Below are positions 54,915-64,000 of a stretch of DNA of 64,000 bases, piece after piece; positions within the stretch are counted from its first letter, which is position 1, and every line of letters starts with the position of its first letter. The translations under genes and the position numbers were made by a program. Source of the stretch: an uncultured Planctomycetota bacterium (GTDB lineage: Bacteria; Planctomycetota; Planctomycetia; Isosphaerales; Isosphaeraceae); the NCBI GenBank assembly GCA_963845755.1, contig CAWJTV010000005.1:96001-160000 (forward strand), read 5' to 3'. The notes under the pieces are model-generated. The model did no database searches and had not been told where the DNA came from. It saw only the letters and a list, made by a program, of their open reading frames with translations.

Positions 54915-55967
54915 TCACTGCCGAGGAGTTTCCACAAACGGACCGCGCCTCGTGCTGTGCCGGTAGGCGAGCCCCATCGGCCGGAGAATCCATCCGACTG
55001 GTCTGAACATCCACCGAACCGGCAGTCCGACGATGACGAGGAAGGATCCAACGACGACCAATCCCGCCAGACCCATCCCACCGTATCGGAGGATCGGGAC
55101 ATTGAGTCCATACGAGGAGAGGGCCTGGCCGATGGTGTCCTCGATCCCTCGCATGGCACCACCGCCGATGGTCAACACGAGGTGGATTCCGGCCTTGCCG
55201 AATTCGCGAACGGCGTATTCGGTCGCCCGACCGGCATAGTCGACAAACTTCTCCGGGTCGGCGAGGAAGGCGGTAAGGACACCGGCAGCGGCGAGCTTCT
55301 TCTTGTGAGGAAGCACCTGCTTGGTAAAGAACGACCAACCGGTTCGACCGGTCTTGCGCAGGACGCTCAGGCTCTCGGGTCCTTCCTTCACCAAAACCTC
55401 GGCCACGTCATCACCGAAGACTCGGATGGCGCTCAGACCCTCGGGGCCAAGTCGGCGGACCATCGCCTCCGCCTCGGCCGGATAACGACGCGCCAGACGC
55501 TGGGCGGTCTCGCCCAGCTCGACGACCAGGCGCTTCTCCGCGGGTTCGAGTGCCGCGAAGGTACGTAGGCTCTGAGGGTCATGCCGGAGCAGCCGGGAAA
55601 ACCGGCTCTGGAGCAACGTCTCGGCTGGACGATCGATCCGTCGGCCTGCCTGCGCCAACTCGTCAGACCGCCGGATTAGATGTTCCAACCCCTCGTCGGC
55701 CTCGTGTGTCAGGAAGAGCCGGCCGGATCGTCGGATCTCCGCGCAAGCGCCATCCGCCCCAACCTCGCGGACCAATCCCTTGCTGCCGGCCTTGGCCTCA
55801 ACGATCACTTCTTGCACGACGTCGTCGAGCCACGAGAGTTTCCCCGCCCGGACCGCGCTGGGCGAGCCCAGCAGGGTTACCAGGCTCAGGACCATTACGC
55901 CCGCCCAACGCGTCATGCGAGCCATCGCCATCGAAACGACCCCGTTGTTCTGGAGATCCGAGTTCAT
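54915..55967 (-). CDS. Hypothetical membrane protein (signal peptide, helical body, C-terminal TM)
   Basis: ~350-aa ORF with GGAG RBS; first of the co-oriented genes of the GTPase locus. Confidence 0.7.
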   Translation of the reverse strand: MNSDLQNNGVVSMAMARMTRWAGVMVLSLVTLLGSPSAVRAGKLSWLDDVVQEVIVEAKAGSKGLVREVGADGACAEIRRSGRLFLTHEADEGLEHLIRRSDELAQAGRRIDRPAETLLQSRFSRLLRHDPQSLRTFAALEPAEKRLVVELGETAQRLARRYPAEAEAMVRRLGPEGLSAIRVFGDDVAEVLVKEGPESLSVLRKTGRTGWSFFTKQVLPHKKKLAAAGVLTAFLADPEKFVDYAGRATEYAVREFGKAGIHLVLTIGGGAMRGIEDTIGQALSSYGLNVPILRYGGMGLAGLVVVGSFLVIVGLPVRWMFRPVGWILRPMGLAYRHSTRRGPFVETPRQ

Positions 55968-56288
55968 CGTTACTGGCTCCCGAACCTTCGTTAACACTAT
56001 TTCGTTGTTCGTAGTTCATGGTCCGTTGTTGAACTAGTGCCTTGGGCGCTGGCAGGGGATCACAACGCGCTCGAGCAGCCGATCGCTTCAACCGTGGTTA
56101 TTTCACAGACCACGGCCCATGGCTTCCCAACAGGTCGTCCAACTGCCTCCATGGCCTTCGACGTAAGTCGTGATGATTCCTTAACGATTATACCCTGTGC
56201 CGGGTGAACCGGAGTGCATTTCGCGGGAGAACGTAGGTGGCGCGGTGAAAAGATTACGGCGATCGAACCAATCGACGAGGGAGGTTAG

Positions 56289-56926
56289 CGATTCGTTAAC
56301 GTCAGTTGGGACAATTACTCCCAACGATTCGGTGTGAGCAAGGCTTCCTGGGACACGCACAAACGCAATTTCCCGATGGTCCGTGAGACGCTGCTTCCGA
56401 ATTTCGGGCCTCGTTCAGATCGCTCGGCTCCAGAGTAACACATTCTTGCGAAGTGTGGCCGGATCTTCCCGGTACAAACTGTTGTAGGGTATTCATTTAC
56501 GGCGAGTGGCCCACGGGCTTTGCGCCGCCAAGTGATTGGCTGGTTTGAACCACGCCGGTTTCGACCAGACCTACTCGGGCTTCCTCGCGGACAGGGACGC
56601 CCGCGGGTTGCTCGAGGAGACTCTGGTCGTGACGATGGGTGAGTTGGGCCGCACGCCGAAGATCAATGCGAAAGGGGGTCGCGACCACTGGATGTACTGT
56701 TATTCGGTCCTCTTGTGCGGGCGCCGGGATTCAAGGAGGTATCACGTTCGGCGCCTCGGACGAGCACGCGGCTTTCATCCGAGACCATCCGGTCCACATC
56801 CGCGACATCTGCGTAACGATCTACCACATGCTGGGCATCGACCCCGAGATACTAATCTACGACCGTACCGACCGTGCCATTACCATCGCCCACGGCGGAC
56901 ATCCCATCCAGGTGATCCTGGAGTAA
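56289..56926 (+). pseudogene. DUF1501-family gene remnant (3' part only), interrupted by a small insertion
   Basis: 'RFVNVSWD...WDTHKRNF...LLPNF' (56289-56405), then 'DQTYS...[19 protein letters not shown]...GASD...[10 protein letters not shown]'; in-frame TAG immediately upstream. Confidence 0.8.
56407..56558. mobile_element. MITE-like / IS-remnant insertion (~150 bp)
   Basis: Imperfect IRs GGCCTCGTTCAGA (56407-56419) / TTTGAACCACGCC (56544-56556), 10/13; TTTCG on both sides (56402-56406, 56559-56563); removal restores 'PNFDQTYS'. Confidence 0.65.
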
Positions 56927-57227
56927 ACCCAAGATTACGATTGATGAAGCGCGAGGTAGGCCGGCAACGTCGATGGCGTCGCGTGAGGTCGGAGTCGGAC
57001 AAGGCGGAAAGCCGTTTGGGGGTTGCAGGATGGCTGATGGTAGTGCCGGGCAAGCCGTGGTAGGATCATCCTGACCATCTTCGCGGTGAATCCCCGGTGC
57101 TTGAGGGACAGTTCGCCATCTCAACGACGAAGACTGTTCCGGCAATCGACGAGATCTATAAAGACAACGATCGGGTGGTGCTACAGAACGTGCGCTGGAA
57201 ATCCTATGGATGGCGGGCGACGCGGCC

Positions 57228-58713
57228 ATGAGCGTGCTCCTGGAAATGCATGAAGTCAGCAAGACGTTCGGGGCGACCCGGCGCTGGAGCGCGTCTCAAT
57301 GACCGTCGATACGGGCGAGGTGCGCGCGCTGATCGGCGAGAACGGGGCGGGGAAGAGCACCCTGATGAAGATCTTGAGCGGCGCCTATCGGCCCGACTCG
57401 GGGTTCATGACGCTCGCGGGGGATCCATATGCCCCACGGGGACCGCGGGCGGCTCTGGCGGCGGGGTGGCCATGATCTACCAGGAGCTGGCCCTGGCGCC
57501 TCATCTCAGCGTGGAGGCGAATGTCCTGCTTGGCCAGGAGCGAGTGCAGGCCGGGTTGATCCGTCGTCGCGAGCATCGTCGAATCGTGGGAGAGGCGCTC
57601 GAACTGCTCGAACATCCCGACATCCGGCCCGATGCGAAGGTCGGCGATCTGGGCGTGGGGGCTCGGCAACTGGTCGAGGTTGCCCGAGCCCTGATCTCGC
57701 AGGCGCGTGTGATCGTCTTCGACGAACCGACCAGCTCACTGTCGGAACGCGACGCCGAACGACTCTTCGCGATCATCGACCGGCTGCGGCGGCGTGGGCT
57801 GGCGATCGTCTATATCAGCCATTTCCTCGAAGAAGTCCGGCGGGTCGCAGAGACGTATACCGTCCTGCGGGATGGCCGCGCGATCGCCGAGGGCCGACTG
57901 GCGGATACCGAGCTGCGGGCGATCATCGGGCACATGGTCGGTCGCGACCTTGACGATCTTTTCCCGCACGTGCCCCATGAGCCGGGCGGGACGATCCTGG
58001 AATTGGAGGACGTCCGTTCGAAGGGAAGAAGCCGTCCGGCGAGCCTGTCAGTCCGCAGGGGTGAGATCCTCGGCCTTGCCGGTCTCGTCGGAGCCGGACG
58101 AACGCGCCTGATCCGGTCGATCTTCGGTCTCCAGGCGGTTGTCGCGGGGACAGTTCGCGTTGCGCAGGTTTCGGGCGGCTACCAGACGCCCTGGCATCGG
58201 ATCGCCCAGGGGGTGGGATTCCTGAGCGAGGATCGTAAAGGCGAGGGGCTCGCCTTGGGCCTATCCATCGAGGACAACATGACTTATCCGGGCCTGCGGC
58301 GGCACGCGAAAGGAGGCTGGCTGCGGTTGAAGGAGCGTCGAACCGAGGCATCCGCGTGGATGTCCCGATTGCGAATTGCAGCGACCGGCCCACTCCAACC
58401 GGTCGGTAGCCTCTCCGGCGGAAACCAGCAGAAAGTCGCCCTGTCGCGACTCCTCCATCAACAGGCCGATGTCCTCCTGCTCGACGAGCCCACACGCGGG
58501 ATCGACGTCGGATCCAAGGCCGAGATCTATCGCCTCCTCGGTGAGCTCGCCGCACAAGGCAAGGCGATCCTCGTCGTGAGCTCGTATCTACCCGAACTCT
58601 TCGGCATCTGCGATCGAATCGCCGTTATGTCGCGCGGGATCTTGAGCGAGGCCCTGCCCGTCGATCGATGGACTGAGCACAAGGTCATGGAAGTGGCCAC
58701 CCGTGGCGGTTGA
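57228..58713 (+). CDS. Sugar ABC transporter ATP-binding protein (RbsA-like, two NBDs); frameshifts near 57280 and 57460
   Basis: '[14 protein letters not shown]' in a shifted frame; 'VFDEPTSSL', 'SEDRKGEGL', 'LSGGNQQKV', '[11 protein letters not shown]'. Confidence 0.88.
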
Positions 58714-58801
58714 GTGGGTGACGGGTGGAAACCGGAGTATGGAGAGATCGGAACGCCTCCGATCGCGAATTCCAAATCGCAACGACTGAGGGGACATCGC
58801 G

Positions 58802-59863
58802 GTGTCCATTGATTTCGACGACGACTTCCCCTTGAAGCGTTCGATTGCGTTCCGGCAGACGCTCACCTGGGTCTGGACGGTCTTCGGTCCGTTCCTGGGA
58901 CTCATGCTGATCACTGGCCTATTTACCCTAATGACCCGCGAGTCGGGCCAGTTCCTCACCGCCTATAACTGGCGGACGATCGCCGTGCAGACGGTCATCG
59001 TCGCAACCGCTGCCCTGGGAATGACGCTCATCATGATCGCCGGAGGGATCGATCTCTCGGTCGGCTCGACGGTGGCCTTGGTGACGGTATGCATGGCGCT
59101 GTTCATCAAAAGAGTTGACCCCTTGCTGCCGGAGTTGTTGAGGACATGGAAGATGACAGTTCCGATTGCCCTGATCCTGGGGATCGTCCTCGGTGGATTG
59201 TGTGGCGCGATCAATGGATCCTTGATCGCGGGCCTACGCGTAGTTCCATTCATCATCACGCTGGGTAGCTACCAGGTTTATCGCGGTTTGGCTACATGGC
59301 TGGCTTCGAGCACGACCGTATACTTCCCCGGCGAGGCCAAGCCCGGATGGTTCTCGCAGATCATGGCAGTCGAGCCCGAACCTCGATGGCTCCAAGTGGC
59401 GCCCGGGGTCTGGGCTCTGGCAGTTCTTAGCCTCCTGCTGGCGTTTACCTTGCGCTACAGTCTCCTGGGGCGCTATACCTACGCGATCGGCTCGAATGAG
59501 GCAACGGCGCGGCTCTGCGGGATCAACGTCTCCGGCTTGAAGATTGTCGTCTATGCGCTCGGCGGCCTGGCGACCGGCCTCGCCGGGGTCCTCCAGTTCG
59601 CGTACCTTGGTGGGATCGGTGACCCGACCACGGCCGGAGGTCTCGAACTCCGGGTGATCGCCGCCGTGGTGATCGGCGGGGGCAGCCTCAACGGCGGAGA
59701 AGGGACCGTTGTGGGCACGCTCATCGGCTGCCTCATCATGTCCGTTCTATATAACGGCTGTGTCCACGCGGGGATCCCCAACGCCAGCCAGGATATCATG
59801 ATCGGCATCATCATCGTTGCGGCTGTCGCCCTCGACCGGCTCCGAAGCCGTAACGTAAGCTGA
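58802..59863 (+). CDS. Sugar ABC transporter permease (RbsC-like)
   Basis: 'GGIDLSVGS', 'PFIITLG', 'AIGSNEATARLCGI', 'IAAVVIGGGSLNGGEG'. Confidence 0.92.
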   Translation: MSIDFDDDFPLKRSIAFRQTLTWVWTVFGPFLGLMLITGLFTLMTRESGQFLTAYNWRTIAVQTVIVATAALGMTLIMIAGGIDLSVGSTVALVTVCMALFIKRVDPLLPELLRTWKMTVPIALILGIVLGGLCGAINGSLIAGLRVVPFIITLGSYQVYRGLATWLASSTTVYFPGEAKPGWFSQIMAVEPEPRWLQVAPGVWALAVLSLLLAFTLRYSLLGRYTYAIGSNEATARLCGINVSGLKIVVYALGGLATGLAGVLQFAYLGGIGDPTTAGGLELRVIAAVVIGGGSLNGGEGTVVGTLIGCLIMSVLYNGCVHAGIPNASQDIMIGIIIVAAVALDRLRSRNVS

Positions 59864-60301
59864 ACTGAGTCTGGTTCGATGTACCCATGTTCGCATCGTG
59901 TAGACTGATGCGAGGTTCGATTGACACCGTCGGCATCCCCTACTACCATGCGGGCCGAAGACTTCGAGGACATTGACAGTTGTTCCGGAATTCTCGCTCC
60001 TTTGTTCACCAGACAGACCGTCCCGGGAGCAAGCGGGGCTCGTTTATGGCTCATTCGGATGCCAGGATACTCTTCGCATCCGGCAAACCCGGCACGGCGA
60101 AAAGGAGGGCAGTAAGACCAATCTCATTGATCTCGAAGGAGTTTGGCTTCAAAGCCCTGGGCTCAGCGGCCTGCGATCGGGTAAGTTCCCATTAAGGTAG
60201 ACAAGAGGGGCTGTCCGATTAACTTGGGAAGAATGTCAGCGAGCTGGTGATGCTCGTTGTGCTGCGAGCCTTGAACTACGCACAAGGAAGTGCCTTCGCG
60301 A

Positions 60302-61850
60302 ATGGTCAGCACATCCGCCAAAGCCCGATCGCTTCGATTTCGGGACAAGAGCCGACGCGCATCTCGGCCAGTGACGAGGCCGGGGAGGCATGACCGCGTC
60401 GATGGTCCCGCCAAGCGAAGGATTGCCTCGAACTTTGCCTGGTTAAGTTTCGCCGAGCTGATCTGCCGGACGACTTCCGTGGGGGTGACTCTGTGGCTAG
60501 CCAGCCGACTGGGAGGCGATGGCTACGGACGGGTCGAGTTCGCCTTCGGCATCGTCTTCTGGCTGGTCTTGCTGCTCCGCGACAGTAGCGACGTGATCGT
60601 CTCGCGCGAACTGTCTCGCCACCCCCGGTTGATCCGTCCCCTGGTCGATCAGGTCCTGGCTTACAAGACACTCTTTGCCCTATTGCTGTACACCGGCCTG
60701 TCGATTATTGGGTTACTGACGCTGTCGGACCGCTCAGACGGTTTCATCCTTTCTCTGTACGGCTTGATGCTATTCACGACCGCGATCGGGTTGGACTACG
60801 TCTATCGCGGTACCGAGCGAATGGGTCTGGTGGCGATCTCGCTCTGCGTGCGGACCGCGATTTACGCCGGGGGTGTCCTTTATTGGGTCCGAGGTCCGGA
60901 GCGGATCGTCTGGGTGCCGATCTGGCTCACGCTGGGCGAGTTGATCGGCATCGCCCTGGTCTGGGGCCATTATCTGTGGAATTATCGCCTGCCGCGACCC
61001 CGGCTCAGTTTTCGCTTCCTTTCCGTGATCGTGCAACGAGGGCGGAACGTTTGTCTGATCCAGCTCTCCCAAGCGATGATCAACTCGGCGGACCTCCTGG
61101 TCGTTGGTATGTTGATGCCTTCGTGGAGCCAGGTCGGACGCTACGGTGCTCCCTACCGGATGGCAACCGCTTTATTGACGTTCGGCTTGATCCTCCAGCA
61201 GGCGTCGTTCCCGACCCTGTCGCGACTCTGGCGACAAACGGCTTGCGCCGGCCGCGAGGCGCTCGATTCCCTCGTGGAAGTCCTGATGACCGGCCTCGTG
61301 CCCGTGTCGGTCGGCGTTACGGTGCTGGCGGATCCCCTGGTTCACTTCCTGCTCCCGGCCAAGGACTACCACGGGTCGGGTTTCCTGCTGGCCCTGGTAA
61401 TCTGGCGGGCGCCCCTCTTGATTCTGGCGTATCTTTACCAGACGACTTTGATCGCGATGAACCGGGAACGTGTTGGAGTCCGGTCGCTGGTAATCGCCGC
61501 AGTAGTGATCGGACCGCTCGTAGCCGTGTTGCAATTGCGATTCGGTTGGCCCGGAGCGGCAATGGCCGTGCTGCTGGTCGGTCTAGGACTCGTTGTAGCG
61601 GGGTACGGCTGCCTGGCGCCGTGAGGGTCAACAACCAGCTTGGCACCATCACCTGGCACGGCCACTGATTGCCTCCATGGTCATGGTACCGGTTTGCCTT
61701 GCCCTTCAGCGATTCCACGTGCACGTAGTTCTGACTGTTGGCGCGGGCGCTCTGGCTTACTCGGCCATGTGGGTGGCGCTTGGGGGCTTGAGACACACAC
61801 GAATGTGGCAAACGGTCTTGCGTCCACCGGACCAGGCGGCCGCGACTTGA
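60302..61850 (+). CDS. Oligosaccharide flippase (Wzx/MOP superfamily); frameshift near 61620
   Basis: Multi-TM; 'LASRLGGDGYG', 'VGRYGAPYR', 'FPTLSR'; two further TM segments in a shifted frame ending at TGA 61848-61850. Confidence 0.82.
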
Positions 61851-61907
61851 TGCGAGGATAGCGATCGGAGCAACCGGGATGGAACGTCTCGCGACAGGAG
61901 GTCGCCG

Positions 61908-63218
61908 ATGAAGTTCTGCATGATCACGACGTTCTTCGGGGCACACAGCTTCGGCGGAGACGCGGCCTACGTCGATCGACTCAGCCAGGCACTCTGCCGG
62001 CGGGGGCATGAAGTCCACGTCTACTACTGTGTCGATGCCTTCAATGCCGTACGCGGGGATCACCCCCTGCGTGAGTATACGCCACCTCGGGGCCTGCACC
62101 TACATCCCCTGAAGAGTCCTTATGGCATCCTCTCGCCACTGGCGACCCAGATGAGCGGCCGCCCCTGGTTCAAGGCCGAGGTCCTCCGAAAAATGATGGA
62201 CGACGTCGAGACCGACGTCGTTCATTTCCACAACATCTCGTTGGCCGGCGGCCCGGGAGTCCTCGGCCTGGGCGCCAACCGGAGGGCCGTGCGAATCATG
62301 ACGGCGCACGAGCACTGGCTGATTTGCCCGATGCACCTGCTCTGGAAATACGACCAGCGGATCTGTGACGCGCCTCATTGTATCCGTTGCAGTCTTGCCG
62401 GGGGCCGGCCACCTCAAGCTTGGCGATGGACGAAGGCCATCGAGCGCGGCTTGCGACACCTCGACGCGCTGGTTTTCCCCAGTCGTCACGCCATGGAAGA
62501 GCACCGCGTCCGCGGACTCGGAGCGTTCGTCCCGATGGTCCAACTTCCCTACTTCCTCCCGGACGGCTGGTCGCGACGTATCGAGGACGAACCACCGGGG
62601 CCTTGCGATCGACCGTACCTCGCGGCCGCAGGGCGGCTGGTCAAGATGAAGGGGTTTCAGCGTCTTATCCCCATGATGCGCTACCTCCCCGAAGCCGACT
62701 TGCGGATCGCGGGTGCCGGCCCATACGAGCCCGAGCTACGTGCGCTGGCACAGGACCTGCCGAATGTGCGCTTCGAGGGGCTACTCGGAAGTTCCGCGTT
62801 GGCCGGGGTCTTCCGAGGCGCCCGCGCCGTGGTCGTCCCCTCTCTGTTCCCCGAAACGTTCGGGTACGTCGTGCTCGAGGCATTTGCGGTACGGACACCG
62901 GTCGTCGTTCACGAGGAGGCTGGCGCCTTGTGGGAGACCGGCGTGCAAAGTGGTGGTGGGCTCGGCTATCGTTCAGACGTCGAGCTGCTCACCGCCCTGC
63001 GCCGGATCATCCACAATCCCGATCTGCGCGATGAGCTGGCCGACCGCGGTTTCGCCAGGCGGATGGGAGAATGGTCCGAAACCTGGCACCTCGACCAGTA
63101 CCTGGCCCTGATCGACCAGGCTCGCACGGCGCGGCCGGGCCGGCCGCTCTATCGTCCCGCACTGCCACGTCTGGCCCGGTGGTCCGAGGCGACGGCCAAC
63201 CGACTGACTCCCGATTGA
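61908..63218 (+). CDS. Glycosyltransferase family 4
   Basis: 'DVVHFHN', 'TAHEHWLICP', 'GRLVKMKG', 'PSLFPETFGYVVLEAF'. Confidence 0.9.
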   Translation: MKFCMITTFFGAHSFGGDAAYVDRLSQALCRRGHEVHVYYCVDAFNAVRGDHPLREYTPPRGLHLHPLKSPYGILSPLATQMSGRPWFKAEVLRKMMDDVETDVVHFHNISLAGGPGVLGLGANRRAVRIMTAHEHWLICPMHLLWKYDQRICDAPHCIRCSLAGGRPPQAWRWTKAIERGLRHLDALVFPSRHAMEEHRVRGLGAFVPMVQLPYFLPDGWSRRIEDEPPGPCDRPYLAAAGRLVKMKGFQRLIPMMRYLPEADLRIAGAGPYEPELRALAQDLPNVRFEGLLGSSALAGVFRGARAVVVPSLFPETFGYVVLEAFAVRTPVVVHEEAGALWETGVQSGGGLGYRSDVELLTALRRIIHNPDLRDELADRGFARRMGEWSETWHLDQYLALIDQARTARPGRPLYRPALPRLARWSEATANRLTPD

Positions 63219-63251
63219 TCGTAACTCGGATTGCAGCGAGAGGACGTGAAA

Positions 63252-63360
63252 AAGCAAGTCAAATTAATAAATAAATTTTCTTAAAATTAATTAATTATAA
63301 AATATATATTAAATATTTTTTCTCTTTTTTTAAAATATTTAAATTAAGTATGTGTTAACT
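63252..63360. other. Extremely AT-rich intergenic patch
   Basis: ~100 bp of almost pure A/T in a GC-rich background, upstream of the YfhO-like gene. Confidence 0.8.
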
Positions 63361-63389
63361 GAACACCAAACAAGGAGCTGACAACCGTG

Positions 63390-64000
63390 ATGCTCGGGCG
63401 ACGTCGATTGGCAGGTCCGCTGATCCCCGCGGCAACCTTGCTGGCCCTTGCCGCAATGTGCTTCGCTCGACTGATCGTCGAGCCCGGGGGCCTGATCGCC
63501 GATGGCCATCGGCCCAGCGTTGACTATGCCAATCGAGGCGATCCGCGTCCCATCGGCAACGACCTGGTTTTCTTGTTCCTCCCGCATCACTGGGCGATCG
63601 GCCAACGTTTCGCCCAGTTCGGCCACTGGCCGGTCTGGGACGCGCACGGATTCGGGGGCCGTCCCTTCAGTGGCAACCCGCAAGGCGGAATGTTCTATCC
63701 TCCGGTCTGGGCGGCATGGCTACTGCAAACCCCTTCTGCGCTCGGCTGGCTGACCGTCGCCCATCTCCTCGGGGGGGGAGCAGGAGTATACGTGCTCGTC
63801 CGGGCAATGGGCCAAGGCCGATGGGCGGCGACGGTTGCTGCCGGCGTCTATCAGGCATCGCCGCTCTTGATGGCCCACACTCTCGAGGGACATTACCCAC
63901 ATATCTGGGCCGCCTGCTGGTATCCCTGGGCGTTCTGGGCGTTCCACGACTGGCGCTATGGCCGTGTTCGGGGACTACTGCTCTTACCGCCGATCCTGAC
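63390..64000 (+). CDS. YfhO-like membrane protein (GT-C-like), truncated by the window end
   Basis: AAGGAG RBS; frame open to the end with 'NDLVFLFLP', 'WPVWDAHGFGGRPFSGNPQGGMFYPP', 'GHYPHIWAACWYPW'; absent from the ORF track because it has no stop. Confidence 0.75.
   Translation, partial: MLGRRRLAGPLIPAATLLALAAMCFARLIVEPGGLIADGHRPSVDYANRGDPRPIGNDLVFLFLPHHWAIGQRFAQFGHWPVWDAHGFGGRPFSGNPQGGMFYPPVWAAWLLQTPSALGWLTVAHLLGGGAGVYVLVRAMGQGRWAATVAAGVYQASPLLMAHTLEGHYPHIWAACWYPWAFWAFHDWRYGRVRGLLLLPPIL

Noticed and set aside
60082..60120. GGCAAACC...GAAA upstream of the flippase as a c-di-GMP-I riboswitch
   Set aside because: Stem does not pair and the conserved GACGCAAAG is absent.
1..64000. tRNA, rRNA, prophage or integrase genes
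   Set aside because: No signatures seen.

Overview
GC-rich bacterial chromosome segment, most likely Planctomycetota and Isosphaeraceae-like (inference from a DUF1501 remnant, an 'LERLEDRTLL' surface-protein motif and heptamer repeats). About 17 genes carry apparent 1-bp indels, which points to uncorrected long-read errors, so split ORFs are reported as single genes. Left to right: TauE exporter, PQQ sugar dehydrogenase, trans-sulfuration enzyme, PP2C phosphatase, M16 protease, ABC ATPase and an ABC-permease/M1-aminopeptidase fusion; a REP-type element between AT-rich direct repeats; an xseA-xseB-ispA-dxs-nadK cluster split by a ~1,800-aa surface protein plus an orphan C-terminal fragment; SGNH/TPR and esterase genes; an MBOAT-SGNH-SGNH-adenylation enzyme-lipid acyltransferase operon (Dlt/Alm-like hybrid) preceded by a candidate CsrA-binding RNA with five ANGGA motifs; an IS5-family element; flhA-flhF-flhG-fliA; several hypotheticals; a GTPase-TM-C2-like / GAP1-N-like locus; a DUF1501 pseudogene interrupted by a MITE-like insert; a sugar ABC pair; and wzx-GT4-YfhO-like glycosylation genes. 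No rRNA, tRNA or CRISPR array was seen. The best candidates for undescribed systems are the Dlt/Alm-like operon, the CsrB-like RNA and the GTPase locus.
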